Part shown: positions 21,397-33,300 of the stretch, one piece after another
Layout of the letters: every line of letters begins with the position of its first letter
Numbering within the stretch: position 1 is the stretch's first letter
Assembly (NCBI RefSeq): GCF_016433145.1
Contig: NC_058130.1
Location: 143,506,426 to 143,570,425 of the forward strand
DNA length: 64,000 nucleotides
Direction of reading: 5' to 3'
From: Gracilinanus agilis
Taxonomy: Eukaryota
Program-made: the position numbers and the translations under genes
The notes under the pieces: model-generated
Seen by the model: the letters and a program-made list of their open reading frames with translations, nothing else
Databases searched by the model: none
What the model was told of the DNA's origin: nothing

Positions 21397-24300
21397 CTGT
21401 AACAGAAATGATAATTGAGTCCAAATACCAACTTTCATTTATATTCACTAAAAATAACCGAGAAAGGAGGTGAGTTAAGGATACACAATAGAAACAAAAA
21501 GAAAAAAGATTCAGTGAGATTAAGAACAGAAGCAGCAAGATATAACAGAAAGAGCCTTGGGTTGAATCAGTCTAAAGACTTGGGTTCTAGTCCCAACTCT
21601 ACAAATGACAACCAACTAGGCTCTATGATCCTTAATTAAGCTAAATACTTTCCCATCCTGGATCTCTCTATTAAGAGAGAAGATAGGACCTAAGGTTTCT
21701 TCCAACTTTGACTTCCCCTTTTGTGCATACCTGGAGGAGCGATGACGGACAGGTCGAGGGCTGGGTGTCTCTCTCCTACGCTTGTGACCTGGGGAGCGGC
21801 TGTCCCCACGTGGGCCCCGCCGGGATCCCCGCTCACTGCTACTGTAACATAAAACAGGATACATAAGATATGTTTGGCACCACTGGTCCCTATATTAAGT
21901 CTTCCAAGCCTAGCCTGGAGATCTGGGGAAGGGGAAGAGTGGAGTCCAACAGCACACTGTGGGGAGGCAGTAAAAAAAATACAAATTCCTACCTATGCTG
22001 GTCCCGCGGAGAGGGCTGTGGTGAAGGGCAGCGGCGCTCAGCAGGTGAGTAGCTAAGGGAACGGGAATCCCTAAGGGAATCTATGGGCTTCCTGGGGCTT
22101 CGGGATCTAAGGGGGAATAGAGGAGTCATCCAAGGCCCCCTCCCTAACACTTCTCTATCTTCTCTCTAATTATCTCTATCACCATAATCAGACACTGGCC
22201 CTGAATCTGGTGTCCTAAGTTCTTCATATTCTATATAAATGGACCTGGGCAGCTTGATTCCAATTGTTCCCGCTCACCCATACTCCCAATACAGATTATA
22301 GTGAGCTGGCATCCCAGGATAAGTTGGGCTTGAAAACCTACATAGTACTCACCTCCTCTCCCCAGGGGACGGCTTCTTAGGACTTGCAGGTTTGGGCAAG
22401 GCCTGGGGACNNNNNNNNNNNNNNNNNNNNNNNNNNNNNNNNNNNNNNNNNNNNNNNNNNNNNNNNNNNNNNNNNNNNNNNNNNNNNNNNNNNNNNNNNN
22501 NNNNNNNNNNNNNNNNNNNNNNNNNNNNNNNNNNNNNNNTGGAGCTGGAGCTACTAGAGCGCCGTTTCCGCTTGGCTGGGGTAGGCTCCAGGGGGCGCCC
22601 CTCTCGGACAGCCTCCTTGGGGGCTGGGGAGGGGCTAGGGACCCTGTGAGAAAAAGATTTTTTTGTAAGATAGAGAACTGCTCCAACCCCAACCCTACCT
22701 TATTTGGCCTAGAGGAATGGCAGTGGAGGGGTAACTGAACGGACTTCAGTCTCCCCAAAGTGTTTATTCTCTGAAAAATAGTGAGCTGGTATCCTCCAAC
22801 CTCTGCTAACATAAGCACAAAGTTGGAGCACCACAGCACAACAGAGAAAAGGTTAAACCTCAAGATTTCCCTGACAGAGGAATCCAAGAACCTGGCTCAG
22901 GTGTGGAAGGCTGGGTTATCTCCTTCCTTGGAAAGAGGGAAGCCCTTGTGCGTATGGGCTGGGGAAGGGGCTGGCCTGCCTAGAGGNNNNNNNNNNNNNN
23001 NNNNNNNNNNNNNNNNNNNNNNNNNNNNNNNNNNNNNNNNNNNNNNNNNNNNNNNNNNNNNNNNNNNNNNNNNNNNNNNNNNNNNNNNNNNNNNNNNNNN
23101 NNNNNNNNNNNNNNNNNNCTATCATTACCCTCGAGAGAGTAAACCTTTGGAGATTTGTGTACCCCCACCACCCCAGCTTAAAGATCAAGTTTCCCCCATC
23201 TCCACAGAGCCAAGACCCTTCCCACCCTTGCATAAGCTTAACCCTTGCATAACCTCCCCTCTTAGAAAGACAGATTCAGAGCTGGAAGGGACCTTAAAAT
23301 GTCATCTAGTCCAACTTCATTGATTTAAATGAGAAAACAGGCCTAGATAAATTGCCCTGGCCAGGGTCATACAGATAAGTTAAAATAGCTGAGCCCCAAA
23401 ATTTGAACTCAAAATGACTAAATCCAGCACTCTCTAAGCTTTTTGCCCTTCCCAACATTTCTAAACGTTCAGTTCAACCACTCATTAAGTGTGTAATATA
23501 TGAAAAATATGAAACTGTTAACCCTCCCCTTCCTTCCCAAAGCTCAACCTTTTCTCACCTTTTCAGTGCCACCTCAGGTTGACATGGGAGGCTAGAGGCC
23601 TCTGAGTCACTGGAGCTAGATCCAGAGGATGAGGAGGAAGATGAAGAGGACGAGGAGGATGAGGAGCTAGATGACGATGAAGATGAAGATGAGCTCCTCC
23701 TCTCCTTGGCAGGCTGCAAGCTGGCCAGTGGGGAGGAAGGCAGCTGGGAGCCAGCTGCAGCAACTGGTTCTGCACCATCAGAGCAGGGTCCCCCAGGAGC
23801 AGGACCAGAGAGGGTGCCATTTTGATCACCAGAAGGTGGCATGGTCTTAGCCACCATAGCAGGGGGTAGGGGTTGAGACCCTCCTAGAGGATGGGTCTGG
23901 GTAGACAAGGAATGGAGTTGGTCTGAAACAATAGGTGGTAGAGGGGACCTAGCCCGATCCTGAGGTGGAGGGAGAACAGACTGAGAAGGAGCTAGGGCCA
24001 TTCGAGAGGTTAGGGGGGGCGGAGGAGAGCCAGCACGCTCAGAAGCCATTCTAGATTGGCTTGGGGCAGAGGGTGGGGTTCTAGAGCCTGGGATTCCAGG
24101 TGGGGTTCTCGAACGGGCTCGCTCAAGATGGGGTGGTGAGGTTCTACCACTGACTCGGTCATAGGCAGAGAGTGCCATCCTTGAAGGGGTAAGGTTTGCC
24201 CCTGACAATGCCGGTGGCATTCTAGAACCAGCAAGGCTTGCAGGCGCCAGACCTGGGGGTGTTCTAGAGCTCGCAAGGTTCACAGGTGCTGGAGCATGAG

Positions 24301-27300
24301 CAGTCCGAGGACCCACAAGTCCTGCAGATGCTGGAGCTTGGGGTGTTCTGGAACCTGCATAGTTTGCAGCAGTTGGTGGAGTGCCTGAGCCTGCAAGACT
24401 CAAGGCGGCGAGAGCAGCAGGGGTTCTAGCTCCAGCCAGGTTCACAGCTGCTGTGGCGGCAGGTGTTCTAGGGTCAGCAAGGTTCACAGCAGAGGGTGCC
24501 ACTGGTGTTCTTGGGCTGGCTAGATTCATGGCTGCTGCAGCTGCAGGTGTTCTAGATTCAGCTAAGTTCACGGCTGGTGGCAAAGCAGATGTTCTAGCGC
24601 CGGCCAGGGTCATGGCTGCTGCTGAAGCAGCAGGTATTCTACTAGCAAGGTTTGCAGCTGGAGCCGTTCTAAGGCTCATGAGGGGTACTGGGGCTGGTAC
24701 TTGTGCCATTCTGGCAGCCAGGCTTGCAGCTGACATGGAGGGAGGTGGTCGAGCTGTGCCAAGGCTAATGGCTGTCAAGGCAAGGGCAATTCTGGATTGC
24801 GCATGGTTTTCTGCCACAGAGGGGGCTCTAGGGTGATCAGGAATTCTAGGACCAGGTCCATCAAGCATAGAGGCACCAGCTTGTTGCAGAACCGATAATG
24901 GCGTTCTAGAACTCCCCAAGGCCCCAGAAATGCCAGAGCATTCGAGCATTCCAGGAGGAGTCCTACAGCGGTCTAGAGGAGTTGGTGAGATACTAGGGCG
25001 ACTGAAGCAGCTCATTCTTGAGCTGTTAAGAGCCACAGGAGGAGTCCTGGAGCCAGAATGATTCCGGGTTGCTGGAGGGGTGGCAGACCGAGACCGATCA
25101 GAGGAACTTCCAGAAGCAGAGCGCCGCCGAATTGCTGGAGGGGACCGAGTTAGGGAGCGCTTTCCACGAGCTCCTCGTGGAGTGCGGGATCTAGAACGCC
25201 GGCGGATAGCAGGTGGTGAACGAGTTCGAGAACGTTTGCGGGTTAATAAAGGTGTCCGGGACCTGGAGCGGCGCCGAATAACTGGTGGTGTTCGAGATCG
25301 AGACCGACGCCGAGTCACTGGAGAGGTTCGTGAACGGGACCTCCGTCGAGTCACTGGAGAAGTACGTGAACGAGACCTTCTACGAGTCACTGGAGATGTT
25401 CTAGACCTTGATCTTCTGCGAGTGATTGGTGAGGTTCTGCTTCTAGACCTTCTTCGAGTCACAGGAGGAGTTCTAGATCGGGATCGTCTACGAGTCACTG
25501 GTGGAGTTCTAGATCGTGACCTTCTGCGATTTGCTGGTGTTCTGGATCTTGATCTGCGGCGAGTTACTGGTGGTGTTCTAGAACGGGACCGTCTACGATT
25601 AACTGGTGATGCCCTAGACCGAGACCTTCTTCGAGTCACAGGTGATGTCCTGGACCTTGACCTTCTACGACTAACTGGTGAGGTTCGAGATCGTGACCTC
25701 CTACGGGTGACTGGAGGTGTCCTTGACCTAGACCTCCTATGAGTAGCTGGGGAAGCACGAGACCGAGAGCGATTCCAAGGAGCTGGTGATGTTCGAGAAC
25801 GAGAGCGCTTGCGGCTGGTAGGTGGTGTTCGAGAACGCCCCCGTCGACGTCGAGATGATGTCCGAGAACTCTCCTGTCGGGTAGGTGAGCGTGAGTGATA
25901 ACCAGAGCCTCCCCGCCGTCGACGAGTAAGCCGAGACCTTGAACGACTCCGCTGCCTCCTCCGTGAAGTTGACTGTGATGAACCAGATCTGTCCCGACGA
26001 CGGGTTGTTCTCGTCTTCTCCCTTCTTGAGCGCGAACGGGAACGCTGGAGTCCCCGAGGCTTTGGCGATGGAGAACGACCCCTTCTGGAAGCTGTCTTAG
26101 CCCTTGGAGAAGAGCCTGACCGTCGACGGCGTGAGGACCTGGACTTTTCAGCTGGTTCCGGGGATGAAACTGATGGACTTCTATGTCGTCTTGGAGGGGT
26201 CCTAGAACGGGCTGCTGGAGAAGATGAAGCAGATCGACTTCGACGGGAAAGTCTGGCCTTCCTAGTCAGCTCAGGTGATGATCGGGAACTACGACGCCGA
26301 GGTGGCGTGCGAGATTTTGCCTTAGGCTCTGGAGAAGACCTAGAGCCTCTTCGAGGAGTTCTGGATTTTGGTTGATGTTCTGGAGAAGACTCAGAACTGC
26401 TGCTCCCTGCAGGTGATGGTCCTCTCCCTTTACTGGCTGGGGATGAACCTGATCGGCTCCGCCTAAGGAGAGTTCGAGGAGCAACAGCTTTGGGTTCAGG
26501 AGAGGACTCTGAGCCACTCTGGCCCCTGGGTGAAGCTCTTGGCTTATCATTGATTTCTGGAGAAGAAACAGATCTACTGCGTCTAGGAACAAGTCGAGGT
26601 TTGCTGTCAGCTTCTGGAGATGATCCAGAGTGACTCCTTTGCCTAACTGGAGTTTGAGTTGTACCTTTGGGTTCTGGAGAAGAATCAGACTCGCTTCTTC
26701 CCTGGGGGGGTGTTCTGGGTTTTATATCAAGTTCTGGAGAAGAGCCAGAGCTTTGTCTTAGTGGAGTTCTAGGAACACCCCTATGTTCTATTGAAGATTC
26801 TGACCCACTTCTTTCTCTTTGGGGTGTCAGACATTTGTTGTTCAGTTCTGGGGATGATCCAAAATGACTCCCTTTTCTGGTTGGTGTATCAAGCATTTTT
26901 GATTCTGGAGAGGAATCTGATCCACTCCTTCCCCTTGAAGGTGTTCTTGGTATATCTTTGATTCCTGGTGAAGAACCACAATGGCTCTGCTTAGAGGGAC
27001 TCCCAGACCCATCTTTCAGTCCTGGAGAAGACCCAGACCTGCTCCTCCTTGATGGGGTTCTGGGTATATCTTTGAGATCTGGAGAAGATCCAGAACCACT
27101 TCCTCCCAAGGGTGTATCTGGTGCACCATCAAATCCACAAGGTGACCGAGTAATGCTCTGAATTGAAAACATTCTGGATTTTTCTACTTCAGGAGATGAC
27201 TCAGAACTGCTGGGCCTAGATGTTCTAGATTGGTCATTTATGGCAAGACAAGGACCTGACCCAAGTTGACTTAGGGAAGGCACCCCTAAATCATCATTGA

Positions 27301-30300
27301 TTTCAGGGGATAAGGCAGGTTTAATTTCTGTAATTATGTTTGTTCTGAGTTCTGAAGGAGATCCAAAACTCTGCTGTTTGAATGCAGTATTAAGTAGTTC
27401 TTTGTGTTCTGGAGACTGTGACGCCACAGTCCAAGCTTGGGTCACTGCTGGAATGTCTGCCACATCTAAAGAGGTCTGTGGCAGAATTTGTCCAAGAGGC
27501 ACAGCAAGGCTTTCTTTTATTTCTGGAGATGACTCAGAGATGCTTCTAGCTATATCTTTAAGTTCTGGAGAGAAATGAGACAAGCTTTCATTGAATTGTA
27601 CTTCAAATTTCTCTACTACTTCTGCAGATACCTCAACCTGATGTGGCCCAGATAGTGCAGTATCTTTGACTTCTGGAGATGACTCTGAGCCCTCTCTTTC
27701 CCTTGGAGGGCTCCTAGATATGTCTTTGTACATTGGTGAGGTCTCAGGGCTACCTTGAACTGAAGGAGGTCTAGATTTATCCCTTGGTCCTGGAGATTCA
27801 TCAAAGAGTGTCTGCTTAGGGGGTGAACTAGCTTTCTCTTTTCTTTCTGGAGAAGATCCAGAGCTACTGAGTCTTGGAGGTGATTTAGAGTCCATTCTGG
27901 GACATGGTGAAAACTCAGACCTAGAACTGCTTGGCTGTAGAGGTGGTGTTACAGATTTCATCTTAGGACTTGAAGATCCTGCCCTCTGTCTTGATGGAAT
28001 TATGGATGCCATGTCAGGGCTAGGAGATGAAGACCTAGACCGGCTGCCCCTAGGAGGTGTCTGGGATATCCTTTTCAAAGATGGAGAAGATTCAGAGCAG
28101 GTGGGCTTCAATATTGTTCTAGATATCTCTTCAGGACTTGGTGAAAACGAATCTGACTCATGACCCGTTGGAGTTGGAGATTTTGCTTTCGGTGGTGGAG
28201 AGTTGGACCCTGATCTACTCCTCCTTGGTGGTGTTCTAGACTTCACTTTGGGACAAGGGGAGTGAGATCCAAAGTGACTTAGACTTGGTGAGGTTTTTGA
28301 CATATTCTGTGGGCATGGAGAAGTTGATCGAGAATGGCTTTGCCTTGGTGGTGTTTTAGATTTTGCTTTGGGACGCGGTGAAGCAGACCCTGAGTGACTT
28401 TCTCTTGGTGGTGTTTTAGTTTTTACTTTGGTATCAGGTGAAGAGGACCGAGAACGGCTCTGTCTTGAAGGTGTTCTAGACTTCACCTTGGAGCATGGAG
28501 ATCTTGATCCACTTTGCCTTGGTGGTGTTCTAGAAGTCACTCTACTAGGGCTTGGAGAAGAAGATGCAGAATGGCTATGCCTTGGTGGAGTTCTAGATTT
28601 CACACTTGGACGTGGGGAAGATCCAGACCTACTACGTCTTGGAGACGTCCTTGACTTGGCCTTCAGGTGGGGAGAAGAACCAGAACGGCTACGTCTTGGA
28701 GTCCTAGATTTTACCTCAGGTCCAGGAAAAGACCCAGAGCGGCTACGTCTTGGAGTTCTGGACTCCTCTTTAGTATGAGAAGACCCAGATCTGCTTCGCC
28801 TTGAGGGTGTTCTAGATCTTGCATTTGTCACAGGACTTGACCCAGAATTCTGTTTGGGTGGCGTTCCAGATTTCCCTTTGGGGAGTGGAGAAGAACCTGA
28901 TCGGCTTCGTCTGGGTGTCCTAGATTTCCTCTTTGGACATGGAGAAGACCCAGAACGACTTCGCCGTTGTGGAGTTCTAGATTTCTGTTTTGGGGGTGAT
29001 GATCCTGATCGACTTCGCCGGGGTGGAGTCCTAGATTTAACTTGAGGACGTGGAGAGGAACCAGATCTACTCCGCCTAGGAGGAGTTCTAGATTTTGCTT
29101 TAGGACGAGGAGATGATCCTGACCGACTTCTTCTGGGTGGTGTCCTAGACTTAAGTTTAGGACGTGGAGAAGATCCAGAGCGGCTTCGCCTCAAAGATAG
29201 GTGAGATTTTGCTTTGGGTCTTGGAGAAGAAAGAGACCGGCTACGCCTCAAGGAAATGCGAGACTTTTTCATTTCTGGACTGGAGTTAGATCTACTCCTC
29301 CTCTGAGATGTTCTTGATTTGTTTTTCCGCTCTGATGATGAGCCAGACCGGCCTCTTCTTTGTGGTGTCCTAGAATGAGATCTTCCACGGCGGACCGGGC
29401 TTCTAGTACGAGATCTCCCTCGTCTGGCTGGGGTTCTAGAACGAGTTCGTCCACGTCTTGCTGGGGTCCTGGAACGGGATCTACCACGCCTGGCAGGGGT
29501 CCTGGAACGGGATCTGCCACCTCGTCTAGCTGGAGTCCTAGAGCGAGACCTTCCCCCTCGTCTAGCAGGTGTTCTGGAACGGGACCTGCCACCTCGTCTG
29601 GCTGGTGATCGGGTTCGGGATCTCCGTCGTACTGGTGATCTGGTACGAGACCTTCGTCTAGCAGGCGTTCTGGAACGAGACCTACCACGACGGGCTGGAG
29701 TTCTAGAGCGAGACCTCCGTCTGGCAGGTGTCCTAGAGCGAGACCTCCGTCTGGCAGGTGTCCTAGAGCGAGATCTGCCCCTCCGAGCTGGTGTTCTAGA
29801 CCGAGATCTTCCCCGGGTAGCTGGGGATCTAGAGCGTGACCTGCCTCGCCTTGCTGCTGACCTAGATCTTCCTCGCCTTTGAGCATTCCTGCTTCTAGAC
29901 CAGCCAGGCCGTTGAGGAGACCTCGAGCGGCCTCGCCTCTGTGGACTTCTAGATCTTCCCCATCGCTGTGGGGACCGTGACCTACGCCATTGTGGGGTCC
30001 TAGATCGAGAACGACCCCTCCTGTTAGGGGTCCGGGACCGTGATCGTCCCCTTCGAGTAGTGGCAGGGCTGCGAGACCTTCCCACCCTACGGGTAGGGGT
30101 GTGAGATCTTGATTTGTCCCGCTTTGCACGTCCCCGTGAACGGCTGCTCTTGGTTGTGGGGGAAGGAGAAAGCTCCCGGCGAGGAGCAGGAGCTGGTGCG
30201 GGTTTGGGGGGACTTTCAGGTGAGGAACTGCCATGTCGGGGAGCTTTGGTTGGTTGAGGAGATGCTGGGCAGCTTTCTGAGGAAGAGGACCGAATAGGTT

Positions 30301-33300
30301 TCTCAGGAGACTTAGGGGGCGAGTGGCCCCGGGATGGGGAGGGTTCAGCTGAGGGCTTCACTGGCTCCTGACTCTGGGGAGTTGCTGCAGGGGGTTCCGG
30401 GGAGCTGCGATTTCGCTCAGCAAGGAGCGGGGTAGGGGCAGGTCGATCTAGGCCTGTGTTGCTCCTCTCCGGGGAGGGGCTAGTTCGGGTTGCAGATTTC
30501 TGGGATTAGAAGAAAAAGTAGGGAATGCATAAACACCAAAGTAGGGATTAGAAGAAAAAGTAGGGAATGCATAAACACCAAAATTTCAGAACACATTTTC
30601 TGAAGAAACTTTTTTCCCTACTCTCCTAAGTGTTCCTAAATAGTCACTTCTTTCCTGCAGGGTATAACCTATTTGCACAGGATGTGTAAAAATAAAGCAT
30701 ATAAAATTTTATACTGTTTAAAGTATTACTTTTATTCAATTTTAACTCATTAGCCTCTATCTCCCAATTCTATTAGATCCTGATCCTCTAATAATTTTCA
30801 TCCCACATGCCTACTGCAAACTTCAAGAATTCAAAACCTTTCACATTCCTAACTTCTTGCAATTGTTCACAAATCCATTTCTAAGTCCTAGAACTTCAAT
30901 GTTAATTCCATGTAGGGACTCACCTCCCTCTTGTCTTTTTCTTTTTCCTTATCTTTATCCTCATGGGGACTGCTGGACCGTAGAGTAGGAGGCGGCACCT
31001 CAGGGCTGTGGAGCCGCTCTGTGCTGATGGCTGCAGATTCCCTGGATGGAGCATCTCCCTCTCCATGGCGACGTGTAACAGGAGAGGAGCTGCGTTGAGT
31101 CAAGGTGGTTGTACGGGGTTTAGCTGCAGCACTTCTAGACCTATGTAAGGAATTTGGGGAAGGGGAGAAGATGGAGAATCAGCTAGCGGGAGAAGAGAAG
31201 GCCCCCTCCCCATCTCCCTCTTCATTTACCCATACTTCTTAGACCATATTACCTATTTTCTCAAAATTTTCTCCTAATCTTCCCATTGTTCTAATCAAAA
31301 GATTCATATTTTATATGCAACCTGATAATCAATCCTATCCTGGCTTATACTAACTCCCTTCTTTTCCAATACAATCCCTCCCTCAGACCCTCTATTTAAC
31401 CCACCCAAACCATACCCACCACCTGGGCATGACTTCCCCATTCCCTCCACCCATTCCACTCCCTACCCCCCAACTCATTTCATAACTCACCTCGGAGCCC
31501 ACCTCCTCCAGGAAGCCTTCCCTGTTTAAGCAGGCCAGGGTAAGGATTCCTTCCTCCCCGGGGGAACTGCTGACAAACCACCACCCCCCCTAGCCTGGCA
31601 GTCCATATACATCAGAACAAAACAAAAAATAACAAAATAAAAACAACAAAAAGAGAAGGGGATATGTATATGTCNNNNNNNNNNNNNNNNNNNNNNNNNN
31701 NNNNNNNNNNNNNNNNNNNNNNNNNNNNNNNNNNNNNNNNNNNNNNNNNNNNNNNNNNNNNNNNNNNNNNNNNNNNNNNNNNNNNNNNNNNNNNNNNNNN
31801 NNNNNNCTCCCTTCCTCTTGGATCACCCCTTACCGACTGCGGGAGGTGTCAGAAGACGAGGCAGAATCAGCTGAGGTTGAACGATGACCCCGGCGGCTCT
31901 TTGGAGCAGGTGATATACTTCGAGACCTAAAAGAAATGGGGATATGAGTAGGACCAAGAATGCTAACAGTTTCCTGCTCTGGACCTCTCAAATTAGGATT
32001 TCTCCTTCTACCTACACCACTCCTCACAAATTAGGGGTCATTTTTTCCCCCTCAAGCACAAGCATTCAGATAATACTATTTAAAGTTCCTTTCTTCTCCA
32101 AAGATAATCAACTCACCTTTTCCGTTTCTTGTCCTTAGATTTGCGTTTGCTCTTTGGAGTAGGAGACCTGAAAATACAAACAGAGAAACTAAGAGGAAAG
32201 CAAAAAACAATATTAGATAAAATAGAAACTGATAACAATTTACTAACAGTCAGGAGATTCAAAGGAGCCAAAGAGCTCCACTGAAAGACACCTAAAGAAT
32301 ATAGGGCAAAAAAATATAGCTCTGGATACTCCCAAACCACCAGTTACCCCAGCCCCAGAAAGATAAAGAGAGCTCTTACCTATGTTTCCGTTTCTTGGAC
32401 TCAGACTCTGACCTTTAAGTAGAAACATAAAAATTAATATGTTTCCCAAGGTTTTTTCAAGGTCCCCAATCACTTCAAATGCCCAGGCATCATACCTGTG
32501 CTTCTTCTTCTTCGAACTCTTTTTCCTCTCCCTTCGAGGAGAGCTACTCTCTGACCTGCTAAAGATGTGTTCAGAAGCAAAGTCATTGGATAGGTCACAC
32601 CTTCAACATTCTGTCATGATCTACCCATCCCATTCACATTGCCCCAAATGATTCCTGGTCTACTTCTATCTTCTAATTCTCAAAGAGAGAAAGACAAAAA
32701 GAAACCTCTAAATACTTCAGGCAATGAATAAGAACAGGTTCCAGATATCCTGTCTGTTAGCTCTAGGCAGAAAAAGCTCCAGAATTTGATCTTCATTCAT
32801 AAATATACTCCACACTTCAGTCCTAGGTCTTCTGGGAGAAACCCAAATACTTCTGTTTTCTAGTTGTTTGTGAAGAGTAGTATTCTAGTGTTCTTTAGCA
32901 TCACTAAAAATCTCAACCTAGGACTCAGGATCATTGATAACCACACCTAATTCCACAGCACAACCAGTAGCTGTCCTTGACTATCCCTAAAACAAACAAA
33001 CAAACAAAAAAAAATCACCTTTCTCAGTATAACTCACCGGCCTCTGTCTTTCTTCTTTTTCTTCTTCTTTTGCTTTGGGGTAGGAGATCGTGAGCTACTA
33101 GACTCCCGAACAAGACTAAAAAATAGAGGGAGAAGGTAAAATTGTTAACAAGGGCAATTGTCTGGGACGTTCATATCCCAGGAGAAATATAAATCCTAGA
33201 TCAAAATGCAAGAATTTCAGAAAGAACATTCTCAAGGAAAACTAGGGTAGAGGACTTGCACTTAGAAAGAGACAGAAAGAAATGGAGTCTAAAGTATGGA

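Noticed and set aside
22411-22539. N runs of 129-132 nt (also 22987-23118 and 31675-31806)
   Set aside because: Assembly or masking gaps, not biology. Their lengths may not be real, so protein length across exon 12 is approximate.
25080-25742. 220-aa antisense RD/RE-rich ORF (also 24381-24836 and 29360-29608)
   Set aside because: Expected stop-free antisense reading of RS-repeat codons; no promoter, splice or homology support.
25150-30060. Regularly spaced DNA repeats resembling a CRISPR-like array
   Set aside because: These are coding repeats in a vertebrate exon with synonymous variation and no unique spacers.
29269-30234. 321-aa alternative-frame ORF overlapping exon 11
   Set aside because: Frame-shifted reading of the RRGRSRSRTPA array, about 1.2 kb into the coding sequence, with no plausible initiation.
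23555-30361. 2268-aa ORF as a stand-alone gene
   Set aside because: It is the bulk of SRRM2 exon 11. The GTG start is internal (the exon begins at 30499) and the stop lies in the donor site (AG|gtga).
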